Positions 18,954 through 27,492 are shown, counted from the stretch's first letter. The stretch is DNA of 40,079 nucleotides from an uncultured virus (IMG/VR IMGVR_UViG_3300022555_003212) (IMGVR_UViG_3300022555_003212), one strand, 5' to 3'. Notes: a model not told the origin generated them from the letters alone. Program-made: numbers and translations.

Positions 18954-19696
18954 AAATCAAATCTTGTTGCTTTTTTATTTATCGATATTTTTTTAATGTT
19001 CATTGGCACATTTACATCATTTTGGCTTAGCCAATCAACAAATTCTTCAAGAGCCTCTTTATATCTTTTTACATGATCCTCTACACCACTTCTATACATT
19101 CGATTAGTGTCATCATAATACACATCTATTGATTTTTTGAATCTCATAAAAAATTCATTAGTAACTTTAATCTTATTCAATATTAAAATTTTTATAAGAT
19201 CAATTGTTTCTATCGCATGATATATTATTGTTCCATTAAATAAATCTTTCGGGTTAGTTATTATTAGTGCTTGGCTCGTTAAAAAATCTAACGAATTATT
19301 TCCAACATTAACATCCCCACCTTTTGTTATTAGCAATTTTAATACATCAGGTAAATGTTTTGTTGCTGCTCTCCACACTGGGGTTACTACTCTTTCACCA
19401 GCCCATAAATCTACACAAAACGCATTTGGATCAGCACCGTTATCTATAAGTTCATTTATAATTTTCCACATCGCAGCTTGTACTTGCCCACTATTTGTAA
19501 GCATCCCACCAGTTGGCATTTTTTCAATGGCGTAATACAACCCAGTCTTTTTTTCCTTACCCCTTGTTCGCATGTCTACATCCTTTATCTGTGGAAGTAT
19601 TTCACGAAAAGGTACAATAGCACCCATACCAATGTAGCTAAACCATTTGGTATACAACGATGCCTGATCATTAACATATTGATCATACTTTTTCAT
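18950..19696 (-). CDS. Ankyrin-repeat protein, dual-tagged (start revised to 19696)
   Basis: MKKYDQYVND; LIDNGADPN, TPVWRAA, LITKGGDVN; ATRFDL. Confidence 0.85.
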   Translation of the reverse strand: MKKYDQYVNDQASLYTKWFSYIGMGAIVPFREILPQIKDVDMRTRGKEKKTGLYYAIEKMPTGGMLTNSGQVQAAMWKIINELIDNGADPNAFCVDLWAGERVVTPVWRAATKHLPDVLKLLITKGGDVNVGNNSLDFLTSQALIITNPKDLFNGTIIYHAIETIDLIKILILNKIKVTNEFFMRFKKSIDVYYDDTNRMYRSGVEDHVKRYKEALEEFVDWLSQNDVNVPMNIKKISINKKATRFDL

Positions 19697-19700
19697 ATAG

Positions 19701-19709
19701 TATATATTA
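19701..19709 (-). promoter_or_regulatory. Putative late-type promoter TAATATATA
   Basis: 4 nt upstream of ATG 19696. Confidence 0.45.
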
Positions 19710-19739
19710 AAACAAAAAACCAAGTTGGATTACTTGGTT
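19709..19739 (-). terminator. Intrinsic terminator
   Basis: AACCAAGT-AATCCA-ACTTGGTT hairpin followed by TTTTGTTTT on the minus strand. Confidence 0.6.
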
Positions 19740-20408
19740 ACATGTCAAATTGGTCGGTTTTTGCTTCCACACGAGTTTTTTGAGCCAGATAATCAATATC
19801 AATTCTTTCGTGAATTTTTATAATCTTTTGGAGTACTACAGTTACAGTCTTTGGCTGAAATCCATTTCGATAATCCACCTGTAGCATCACATAATAAGTA
19901 TCCCTTAAATCTACTGGAGATGAACTTCTTTTCTGATGGCTTGAGTTTTAGATGCATTGATATATTGAAATGAGAGTTGAAGCGGTTTTACTCCATCATC
20001 ACCTAAATTTGGATCAGCCCCATGTTCTATTAATAGTTTAACAACTTCCAAATCAGCATTTAATGCCGCCCGACTAAGGGCAGTTTCATTTTGTGGGCCG
20101 ATGCCGTTTTGAGAATTTACATCCACATTAGCATTCAATAATTCATTAACAATTTTTAATGATGTGTTTCTTTCATCAGCCCACAGCACGGCTTTATGCT
20201 TATTTGGTGGATTTTTTAAAAATTCTGGATTTGTCATATACTTTATCACCATATAAATTGCTGTTTCTCTAACCCTTGGCGACTTAATATTTACATCCCA
20301 TCCCTTAGAAATATAATCTTTAATTGTATTATATTTCATTCCTCGGATGGCATCAAACCATTTTCCGCTTTCAGTAGCCTCAAAAACAAATTCAGTATAT
20401 TTTATCAT
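19738..20408 (-). pseudogene. Truncated ankyrin gene (19911-20408) followed out of frame by a family-B-like tail ending QFDM
   Basis: MIKYTEFVFE, LLNANVDVN, TALSRAA, LIEHGADPN, then TAG; a second frame reads PVDLRDTYY...IIKIHE...TDQFDM* to 19738. Confidence 0.7.
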
Positions 20409-20749
20409 AGATCAAATCTTTCTTCAGTGTTTAATTTACGCTTAGCTTCCAAATATCTTTTCACATCTTCGTCAGTAACATTATGATTAGTTTCAAATTC
20501 ATTTATTGATATCTCATTAATTGTTAATGTCCATTCCCTTTCTTTAATTTCTTCTATATCATCAAAAATAAATTCGGTAGTTTCACTATCATAATCACCA
20601 TTATTATCGATTAAATATTTATATTTAGCCAGTTCAGCATCTTCTTTTTTATCAAAATATGCCATGGCAAATCTTTCCTCCTCATCATCAAAATATAATT
20701 GATAGATGCTTCGTTTACCAACACTTTCATTAAACTTATTTATTTTCAT
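20405..20749 (-). CDS. FDL-array hypothetical protein
   Basis: MKINKFNES...YFDKKEDAE...EERFDL. Confidence 0.85.
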   Translation of the reverse strand: MKINKFNESVGKRSIYQLYFDDEEERFAMAYFDKKEDAELAKYKYLIDNNGDYDSETTEFIFDDIEEIKEREWTLTINEISINEFETNHNVTDEDVKRYLEAKRKLNTEERFDL

Positions 20750-21210
20750 AGGTCGAATCTTTTTATTGTTTTGTAACTCAAAGGATGTTCGAGTTGTTCA
20801 AATGTGAATGACATAATTTTTATTGAATCGTTATACGTTGGTGAAGCTTTTTGTTTGAGTAAGTCTACATTGACGGTTTTTAGTCTTTCATCGATAAACC
20901 ATACAACATCTTTCCATAAATTTATATCTTCAAGTTCATCTGGGTTTCTTAATAATTCATCGCAAATTAAATACATAATAATACCATGCATTCTACTTGC
21001 CAATTCTGTTGGGGGATCATCTAAAAAATTAATATTTGGAATTGCCCACATTGCATCTTTTGATTTTTCGTGTATCAGATTTAATTCAGATTCGTGAATC
21101 CCATCAGTAGGTTTAAATTCATGGTGCATACCATAAATCTTATGTATTATGTTACCACTTGAATCATCTTCATTTATCTGATATTGTTCATAATTTTTAA
21201 TTTTTCTCAT
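20746..21210 (-). CDS. FDL-array protein, family D
   Basis: MRKIKNYEQYQINE...IMYLICDELL...VVWFIDERLKTVNVDL...IKRFDL. Confidence 0.85.
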   Translation of the reverse strand: MRKIKNYEQYQINEDDSSGNIIHKIYGMHHEFKPTDGIHESELNLIHEKSKDAMWAIPNINFLDDPPTELASRMHGIIMYLICDELLRNPDELEDINLWKDVVWFIDERLKTVNVDLLKQKASPTYNDSIKIMSFTFEQLEHPLSYKTIKRFDL

Positions 21211-21226
21211 ACATAATCAATCATTT

Positions 21227-21313
21227 TTATAGGTCAAATCTTTTGGTGCTTATTTTTCTTTGGTAATACTTCTTACTTAATTCATCTTGCTCAAATAATT
21301 TAATATATTTCAT
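21227..21313 (-). CDS. 28-aa near-empty dual-tag peptide (not in ORF track)
   Basis: MKYIKLFEQDELSKKYYQRKISTKRFDL*; in frame, ATGA overlap upstream. Confidence 0.75.
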   Translation of the reverse strand: MKYIKLFEQDELSKKYYQRKISTKRFDL

Positions 21314-21789
21314 AAGTCAAATTGATCCTTGTTTAGAAAATTCTTAAAATTTTCAATTGTTAATTGTGATTGGAATTTTGAGAAATTTTCTGTTTTAATA
21401 CTGATATATATTTTTTGTTTACCACCTAAATTAAACTTGTTACGTGCATTACAATATTTTAATGTCATAAAGAATTTATTTATTGTGTCGGGGAAGCCCA
21501 ACATATGCAAATCTATATCCCAATCTGTATCATAAAAATTGTTTAAAAACATATTTCCTCTTGCGTGATTAACAAAAAATTCATCCATTGATTTAAATTG
21601 TCCTTCAACGAAATATAATAATTTATCAGTCTGTCCGTCTATTCCTTGTTTAACAGCTATGTTATAATAAACACTACTATCTATGGCATTCCACAATTCT
21701 TTCACAAAATCAAATATAGATGTACAACAAGCAACAAAGTAAGCTTTATCCCTTAGTCCACTTTCAATACCTTCCCTGTAGCTGCTCAT
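21310..21789 (-). CDS. FDL-tailed protein lacking the N-tag
   Basis: MSSYREGIES...KDQFDL. Confidence 0.8.
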   Translation of the reverse strand: MSSYREGIESGLRDKAYFVACCTSIFDFVKELWNAIDSSVYYNIAVKQGIDGQTDKLLYFVEGQFKSMDEFFVNHARGNMFLNNFYDTDWDIDLHMLGFPDTINKFFMTLKYCNARNKFNLGGKQKIYISIKTENFSKFQSQLTIENFKNFLNKDQFDL

Positions 21790-22244
21790 AAATCAAATTG
21801 TTTTGTGGTGTTTAATCTTTCAGTTTCTTTATTAAATATAATTACATCCGCATCTCTTTTTGACGCATGTGTTTTTAATGAATTATATTGATAAGATAAC
21901 ATATCAATACTATGATCCTTATCTGTCATACCATCAATTTCAAGTTCTACCCTGTCAAAACCATCGACAACATTACCATCCTTACTATAAAGGTAATTGA
22001 CGTTAATACAATATCCTTTGTGCGTTTTACTGCAATCAAAGCATTTAAATTGTATTATTTTATTATCAAGAATTTCTTTAACAGTATTTTCAAACGTTGG
22101 ATATACTCCCCATCGATTCAGAGTTGAATGATCATTATCTTTTTTAGTTTCATCGTAGAGATCATATAAATTAACGGTAGTTATTTCACCATTTGTTTTA
22201 ATTGATGTTGTTCCATAAGCTTCATATGTTTTCAAATATATCAT
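21786..22244 (-). CDS. FDL-array protein, family B with CxxC-x3-H
   Basis: MIYLKTYEA...FKCFDCSKTHKG...TKQFDL. Confidence 0.85.
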   Translation of the reverse strand: MIYLKTYEAYGTTSIKTNGEITTVNLYDLYDETKKDNDHSTLNRWGVYPTFENTVKEILDNKIIQFKCFDCSKTHKGYCINVNYLYSKDGNVVDGFDRVELEIDGMTDKDHSIDMLSYQYNSLKTHASKRDADVIIFNKETERLNTTKQFDL

Positions 22245-22672
22245 AAGTCAAACCTGTCTGTTGTTACTCCTATTTTGTTAATTATTATTGGTTCATACAC
22301 ATTAACCATATGATCATTATCATTGTGCATATCCCAGTCCTGACCCCGTAATTTAAATTTAACCCTAATTAAATTTGGTCTACCGTCATCGGTTTCGAAT
22401 TCATCATCTTCAAATTCAGTTTCTTCCAATATTCCGCTATGTGTCGTTTGACATTCTATGCAGTCATAAGTCACATATTTACCTACTATTAAATTGTCTA
22501 AATAATCTACAAACCGATTATCTTTATATTTATCTTTCCATTGCTTAGTTTTTTTGTTAAAAACTGTCATCTCATCATATAAATACTGAAGAGTTATTTT
22601 TGTTATATTCTTATCAACAACCTGAATAGCATTGGGTGTAACGAAATTTTCATATAATTTTAGGTATCTCAT
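22241..22672 (-). CDS. FDL-array protein, family B with CxxC-x3-H (start revised to 22672)
   Basis: MRYLKLYEN...YDCIECQTTHSG...TDRFDL. Confidence 0.85.
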   Translation of the reverse strand: MRYLKLYENFVTPNAIQVVDKNITKITLQYLYDEMTVFNKKTKQWKDKYKDNRFVDYLDNLIVGKYVTYDCIECQTTHSGILEETEFEDDEFETDDGRPNLIRVKFKLRGQDWDMHNDNDHMVNVYEPIIINKIGVTTDRFDL

Positions 22673-22678
22673 CGGTTG

Positions 22679-22688
22679 TATATATAAA
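22679..22688 (-). promoter_or_regulatory. Putative late-type promoter TTTATATATA
   Basis: 6 nt upstream of ATG 22672. Confidence 0.45.
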
Positions 22689-22722
22689 AACCCAAAGATT
22701 TTTTTATTACCAATAAGTATCA

Positions 22723-22730
22723 TATATTTG
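22723..22730 (+). promoter_or_regulatory. Bacteroidota-type -7 element (TATATTTG)
   Basis: TAnnTTTG, upstream of a small plus-strand ORF. Confidence 0.45.
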
Positions 22731-22744
22731 CAAAAAATGGAACG

Positions 22745-22906
22745 ATGTTAATGAAAGATTTAAAAATAATTTCATACCTCATTAAATGGGATGAACAAAG
22801 ATTAATGGAAACAACCATTACTTGTACGAAGTATGATAAAGATGGAGAACCAGAATTATGGGCTGTTAAGCGTGGTGACCAATCAATGAGTAAGAACACA
22901 GGGTAG
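22745..22906 (+). CDS. 53-aa hypothetical protein, possibly truncated
   Basis: MLMKDLKIISY...ELWAVKRGDQSMSKNTG*. Confidence 0.45.
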   Translation: MLMKDLKIISYLIKWDEQRLMETTITCTKYDKDGEPELWAVKRGDQSMSKNTG

Positions 22907-22936
22907 AACGAGGGCTTTAAGATATTACAATAAATT

Positions 22937-23206
22937 TCACAAAGATTGATTTATAACTGAAAGCTTTGAATATCTTGAGCTTTTAAAGTTAGAGAAATCA
23001 AAGTAATGAGTTGATCCAAAATCGTCTATTACCCCAATTGAAGGTTTGTTTGTATCTGGATCGGTGCGTCCTAAATCCACAACCTTGTAAAATCTACCTT
23101 TCTTTATAGCAAATTTGTTAATTCTTCGCTTATTTGAATATCCTTTTTTGAATTTGCAACCTTTACAGCAAAGAACTGTATCACCTTCTTTAAATTTGGG
23201 CACCAT
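22937..23206 (-). CDS. SH3/KOW-like protein with RxxKLxxI tag
   Basis: FKEGDTVLCCK...IKKGRFYKV...DDFG; RYSKLSVI. Confidence 0.75.
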   Translation of the reverse strand: MVPKFKEGDTVLCCKGCKFKKGYSNKRRINKFAIKKGRFYKVVDLGRTDPDTNKPSIGVIDDFGSTHYFDFSNFKSSRYSKLSVINQSL

Positions 23207-23498
23207 AAATTTCTGTTAATTTGGCTTTTCGATATTTCTTAATATCATAATCAAACTCATCCAATGGGAAATCTTGTTTTCCACAGTCGTTTAACACTCT
23301 GAGCATAGGTGGTCCATATCCAGTCCAATATGCTGGTATACCAAGCACCTGATATGATTTACCATATGTCAATTTTTCTAAATACATATTATGGAAATTT
23401 TCGGGACTGACGGGCTCCAAGGTCAATTGTTGAGGGATTAGCTTTTTATAAACAACAAAATCACCTACTTTTATTTTTTTACGTGCCATAAATTTCAA
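23190..23498 (-). CDS. SH3/KOW-like protein with RxxKLxxI tag
   Basis: IKVGDFVVY...LTYGKSYQV...NDCG; RKAKLTEI. Confidence 0.75.
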   Translation of the reverse strand: MKFMARKKIKVGDFVVYKKLIPQQLTLEPVSPENFHNMYLEKLTYGKSYQVLGIPAYWTGYGPPMLRVLNDCGKQDFPLDEFDYDIKKYRKAKLTEIYGAQI

Positions 23499-23820
23499 AT
23501 AGGTTTTTCATGAAGTCTGTTGCAACTTCATTTTTATCATAATCGATATATTCGATCTTCATTTTTTCAGATAAAATATCAAAACATTCATTGGAAATTT
23601 TATTAAACCAATCAAATACTTCTATCATTTTTGGAAAAACAATTGTACCATCACTTTTTTTGGAACAATGCGATTTAATCAATTCAGCGGCTGCGTCATC
23701 TGTAAATTTAGTAAAGCATATTTGTATAAATTTATCTTTATGGGTGCCATCTTTCACTTTTCGACAGATGGGGAAATAAGTTAAATCTAACTTATTCGTG
23801 ATCAAAAATTTTATTTCCAT
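23479..23820 (-). CDS. Hypothetical protein
   Basis: Overlapping operon gene. Confidence 0.65.
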   Translation of the reverse strand: MEIKFLITNKLDLTYFPICRKVKDGTHKDKFIQICFTKFTDDAAAELIKSHCSKKSDGTIVFPKMIEVFDWFNKISNECFDILSEKMKIEYIDYDKNEVATDFMKNLFEIYGT

Positions 23821-24073
23821 TGATTTCTTGAAGTTTAAGTTTTCTAAATTGTGTTTCTGTTATAAAATATTTAATAGACTCCGCCTCAGTTATTCTTCTA
23901 ACCATTCCCAAATCATCATCAGTTATAAAGTATGCGGAGTTTAAACTTGCATACTTTATAAGTATTGCATGATAACTTTTATATTTACAATATATATTAG
24001 AAGTTTCGCCAACATAAATTATATTTTGTTCAGTTACATCAATTAATAAGTCTTGTTCTGGTAATTTATCCAT
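23792..24073 (-). CDS. Small protein with RxxKLxxI tag
   Basis: YFITDDDLG...RKLKLQEI. Confidence 0.75.
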   Translation of the reverse strand: MDKLPEQDLLIDVTEQNIIYVGETSNIYCKYKSYHAILIKYASLNSAYFITDDDLGMVRRITEAESIKYFITETQFRKLKLQEINGNKIFDHE

Positions 24074-24081
24074 AGATAATA

Positions 24082-24109
24082 ATTATATACTATATATGAC
24101 GAAAAGTTT
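24082..24109 (-). promoter_or_regulatory. Putative phage promoter AAACTTTT-N14-TATAAT
   Basis: Exact boxes and spacing; 8 nt before ATG 24073. Confidence 0.6.
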
Positions 24110-24590
24110 AAAGATCAAATTTTTTTTGATTCTTCTTTGATTCAACAGCTTTAAATAAAATACTTTTTACTTTGGCTTGGTTATTAAATATTTGAATTTG
24201 ACTTGATTTATCTATTGGATGCTTTGGGCAATCAAGGGTTTTAACCCACACCTCAAGGTCAGATACACCTTTGAACGATCTTACCTTTCTAAATTCAAGT
24301 TTTGTAACTTTGCCACTATGATCATGATAACATTCACACGCACCATCAAATGCTATTATATTTCCATTTAAAATTTTTCTGACTACATCTTCAAACTTAA
24401 AGTCATTATATTTATCACATATAGCATCAAATGCAGTATTGGCTTTTGGATTTTCATAACATAATGTCGAAAATATATCGTATATGTCTACTAATAACGG
24501 ATTTTTAATCTCATCTGAAGTTAGTTCTGGATATTTTCTTTTCAACTGTTCAAGATCATAATAATCAAGGTATTCTTTTAAGTATTTCAT
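24108..24590 (-). CDS. FDL-array protein, family B (Cys/His variant)
   Basis: MKYLKEY...ILNGNIIAF..ACECYHDHSGKV...QKKFDL. Confidence 0.85.
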   Translation of the reverse strand: MKYLKEYLDYYDLEQLKRKYPELTSDEIKNPLLVDIYDIFSTLCYENPKANTAFDAICDKYNDFKFEDVVRKILNGNIIAFDGACECYHDHSGKVTKLEFRKVRSFKGVSDLEVWVKTLDCPKHPIDKSSQIQIFNNQAKVKSILFKAVESKKNQKKFDL

Positions 24591-25006
24591 AGGTCAAATC
24601 GTTGGAATTTTTTTATTTTTTCAATTTGTTTCATTAAATCACTATCTGGATTTTGTGTTTTGTATTGCTTATATACCTCACTGTTTCGTATCCAGAAATC
24701 TTCAATCTGCCCAAGCTCCTCATCGTACACAAGACTAACATCTCTGTAAGTATATATGTATGCTGCCATTAATCTTACAAGTTTGTTTTCTTTAAACAAT
24801 TCGCTTAACCCAAACTTATCAACTATAAACTGATAAATAATATCATAATCACGATATTCATCATAACTTTGTGGAAGATTATCTATATATTCAGTCAATG
24901 CAGCCCAGTCAAGATGATCATTTTCTGTAAAAAAGTAGTTCCCAAATTTTATAGTGTAAATATTAACGTTTGGAGTTACCGATTCAAATGCCTTAATATA
25001 TTTCAT
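24587..25006 (-). CDS. FDL-array hypothetical protein
   Basis: MKYIKAFES...FQRFDL. Confidence 0.85.
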   Translation of the reverse strand: MKYIKAFESVTPNVNIYTIKFGNYFFTENDHLDWAALTEYIDNLPQSYDEYRDYDIIYQFIVDKFGLSELFKENKLVRLMAAYIYTYRDVSLVYDEELGQIEDFWIRNSEVYKQYKTQNPDSDLMKQIEKIKKFQRFDL

Positions 25007-25010
25007 ACCA

Positions 25011-25020
25011 TATATATAAA
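25011..25020 (-). promoter_or_regulatory. Putative late-type promoter TTTATATATA
   Basis: 4 nt upstream of ATG 25006. Confidence 0.45.
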
Positions 25021-25024
25021 ATTT

Positions 25025-25052
25025 AAACTCAAACCTTTTTTTTGAATATAAG
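25025..25052 (+). promoter_or_regulatory. Degenerate AAAC-N18-TATAA promoter
   Basis: AAACT...TATAAG with the same register as the three perfect copies. Confidence 0.35.
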
Positions 25053-25056
25053 AAGT

Positions 25057-25138
25057 CTTATCGAAAGATAAGTGGTGGATGGCGATCAACAGATCAGCCC
25101 CAAGTTGGTGGGGGTTTTTTAACTTTCCCCCACCAACT
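25057..25138 (+). other. GC-rich structured leader or small RNA
   Basis: CTTATC-GAAA-GATAAG hairpin, GGCGATC-AACA-GATCAGCC hairpin, and perfect 12-bp inverted repeat AGTTGGTGGGGG/CCCCCACCAACT. Confidence 0.5.
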
Positions 25139-25172
25139 ATTTCAAATAAATAATAATGATAAAACTAAATAA

Positions 25173-26198
25173 ATGAAAGACTGCTTTGCCATATTAACAT
25201 ATTGTGATACACCCAAGAAAATAGATGATTTATTGAAGTGCATAGAACAATTAAAAAGATTTGATATTGATATATTAATACACGCCCATTATCCACTGGA
25301 TTTAGATATTCAGAAAATGGTAAAATATTATATTTACGATTCATCAAATCCTGTAATTAATGATGGATCAAAGGGTATTATTAGATGGCGGTACTATGGT
25401 ATAGCCAGTAAGCTTTTAACTATAATAACCCCAGATTATTGTTATGCTGTTATGAATCAGTGGATATACTCTCTTAATTTCTTAAAGGATAAGGGTTATG
25501 AGAAAATTCACATAATAAATTATGATATACAGATAACAGATTACTTACTTAATAAACATGAAAATGGCTTAGATCAGCACAATATGGTTTTTGAATCTTC
25601 TGGAATTGCAAGGGATTTTAATGCTGGAATAACAGAAAAGAAAATAGTTTCTGTCGCATTTTTTTCTATTCGAAGTTCATTCATATCCACATTCATTAAA
25701 GATTTGACTTTAGAAAAATACTTATCTTCAGTTGATACAATGTTAGAAGGCTATACCCAAGAAATTATTGATAAGTACGATAATATACAAATCCTACCAC
25801 ACTCAGAAGACATAACAAATGTTAGTACCGAAATTACAAAGGGATTTGAGCCACTTAAAATAACGTATCACAATTTGGCTGGTGAAGAAGGCACTTGTAC
25901 AGTCTTTTGTGGTATGAATAAGGATGTTAATAAATTTGAAATATTCATCTTTGATATATCAATGAAAATTGATAACTTTACAGTAAATATAAACAGAGAA
26001 CTTACTAACATTTCAAATATCACGGATACATTTTATTCCATCATGACAAAGTACTCTGGGAATGAAATTAATAAATTCGTAGATGACAATAGAATTCTGA
26101 TGTATATAAACGATGAAAATATTGATAAAGACATAATAAAAGCAATTAAAATACAAACAATTCAGTCTAAGACAGATACTGAATTTTATGGCAAATAA
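25173..26198 (+). CDS. Hypothetical protein, possibly glycosyltransferase-like
   Basis: 341-aa ORF; Rossmann-like start (ILTYCD...ILIHAHYP) and INYD motif; function is a weak guess. Confidence 0.5.
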   Translation: MKDCFAILTYCDTPKKIDDLLKCIEQLKRFDIDILIHAHYPLDLDIQKMVKYYIYDSSNPVINDGSKGIIRWRYYGIASKLLTIITPDYCYAVMNQWIYSLNFLKDKGYEKIHIINYDIQITDYLLNKHENGLDQHNMVFESSGIARDFNAGITEKKIVSVAFFSIRSSFISTFIKDLTLEKYLSSVDTMLEGYTQEIIDKYDNIQILPHSEDITNVSTEITKGFEPLKITYHNLAGEEGTCTVFCGMNKDVNKFEIFIFDISMKIDNFTVNINRELTNISNITDTFYSIMTKYSGNEINKFVDDNRILMYINDENIDKDIIKAIKIQTIQSKTDTEFYGK

Positions 26199-26207
26199 AT
26201 AAAAAAT

Positions 26208-26993
26208 ATGATAGGTACAATTATTGGTGATACCGTTGGTTCACGGTTTGAAAGAAGAAACCATAGAACGAAAGAAAAAGATTTTGATCTGATTACAGAT
26301 GAATGCTCATTTACGGATGATTCGGTTCTTACAATCGCTACGGCAGATTGCATATTACACGACCCAACTTTAAATTATACGTTATACTACCAGAAGTGGG
26401 GTCAGAAATATCCTCGTTGTGGATTTGGTGGCATGTTTATTAAGTGGATGTATTATGACGGTGCAGAGCCATATAACAGTTTTGGGAACGGTTCGGCTAT
26501 GAGGGTATCGCCAGTAGCTTATGCATACGATACACTACCTGAGGTCTTAAAAAACGCTAAATTGAGTGCTGAGGTAACTCATAATCATCCAGAAGGAATT
26601 AAAGGTGCTCAGGCAATAGCCGCTGCAATTTTTATGGCACGAAAAGGTCACACCAAACAAGAAATAAAAGACTACATAGAAAGTACATTTGGGTATGACC
26701 TTTCACGTCACAGTGACGATATAAGACCAACATATGATTTCGATGTGACTTGCCAAGGATCAGTTCCAGAATCAATCATTAGTTTTCTTGATAGTACCGA
26801 CTTTGAAGATTGCATTCGAATCGCTGTATCATTGGGTGGTGATAGTGATACCATTGCTGCTATTGCTGGAAGTATTGCAGAACCTTTTTATGGTGAAGTC
26901 CCAGAATGGTTAGCCAGTGTAGTTCTTTCGAAATTAACTAAGGAAATGTTTGATATTTATAATGAATTCAATTCGAAATATACAGCAAAATAG
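26208..26993 (+). CDS. ADP-ribosylglycohydrolase (DraG/ARH family)
   Basis: IIGDTVGSRFE, FTDDSVLT, SFGNGSAMRVSP, THNHPEG, GGDSDTIAAIAGSIA motifs. Confidence 0.95.
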   Translation: MIGTIIGDTVGSRFERRNHRTKEKDFDLITDECSFTDDSVLTIATADCILHDPTLNYTLYYQKWGQKYPRCGFGGMFIKWMYYDGAEPYNSFGNGSAMRVSPVAYAYDTLPEVLKNAKLSAEVTHNHPEGIKGAQAIAAAIFMARKGHTKQEIKDYIESTFGYDLSRHSDDIRPTYDFDVTCQGSVPESIISFLDSTDFEDCIRIAVSLGGDSDTIAAIAGSIAEPFYGEVPEWLASVVLSKLTKEMFDIYNEFNSKYTAK

Positions 26994-27079
26994 GTATAAA
27001 AAATATACAATTAAAAATTGGGAACGCAAAGAGAAATTGCGAAGACTAAATGAAATTTGTAATGAAAAAAAAGATATAG

Positions 27080-27472
27080 TTACTCAGGAGTTACTACCAA
27101 CCAATTTTTATCATCCGCACTTATTTTTAAATGTGGAGTATTTATAGTTGTATCTTTATCCACTAACATTAGTTTAAAAAATGTTTTGCCGTTTTTTACA
27201 TTTTTATCTATAAATTTGTTACTGTAATATTCCAAATAGCCACCATTAAAATGTCCTTCATAATCATCAATTTTAAATTCATGAAACTTTTGGCTTATTT
27301 TACTTATAGAATCTTTGACAGATTCAGCGGGAATATTTCCTTTTTCTTTATTTACTTTATTTCCACCAAAAGTCGAGTATGAACCTAATATTGCCAAAAT
27401 TGTAATTACCCAATTTTTCCAACCTTCGTTTATATTTTCTTTATATTCTGAAAAATAATTTATTCTTCCCAT
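27080..27472 (-). CDS. N-tagged protein with hydrophobic/TM segment, no FDL
   Basis: MGRINYFSEYKENINEGWKNWVITILAILG. Confidence 0.7.
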   Translation of the reverse strand: MGRINYFSEYKENINEGWKNWVITILAILGSYSTFGGNKVNKEKGNIPAESVKDSISKISQKFHEFKIDDYEGHFNGGYLEYYSNKFIDKNVKNGKTFFKLMLVDKDTTINTPHLKISADDKNWLVVTPE

Positions 27473-27492
27473 AACATTACTTATTTTTCTAC

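Larger units (their letters stand above)
2615..25006 (-). repeat. Tandem array of dual-tagged (MKYLKxYE...(K/R/Q)FDL) genes; junction repeat TTYGAYYTATGA
   Basis: Plus-strand TCATA[AG][AG]TC[AG]AA recurs at almost every gene junction, encoding F-D-L-stop overlapped with the next ATG. Confidence 0.9.

Noticed and set aside
2615..25006. Junction repeat as CRISPR repeat or integron attC site
   Set aside because: Spacing is gene-sized, variation is synonymous for F-D-L, there is no palindromic attC structure, and no cas or integrase gene is in the window.
2615..25006. Diversity-generating retroelement
   Set aside because: No reverse transcriptase and no template/variable repeat pair differing only at adenines was visible.
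25057..25102. SAM-I riboswitch suggested by the opening CTTATC
   Set aside because: The following conserved core (AGAG...GAGGGA..GGCCC...GCAACC) is not present.
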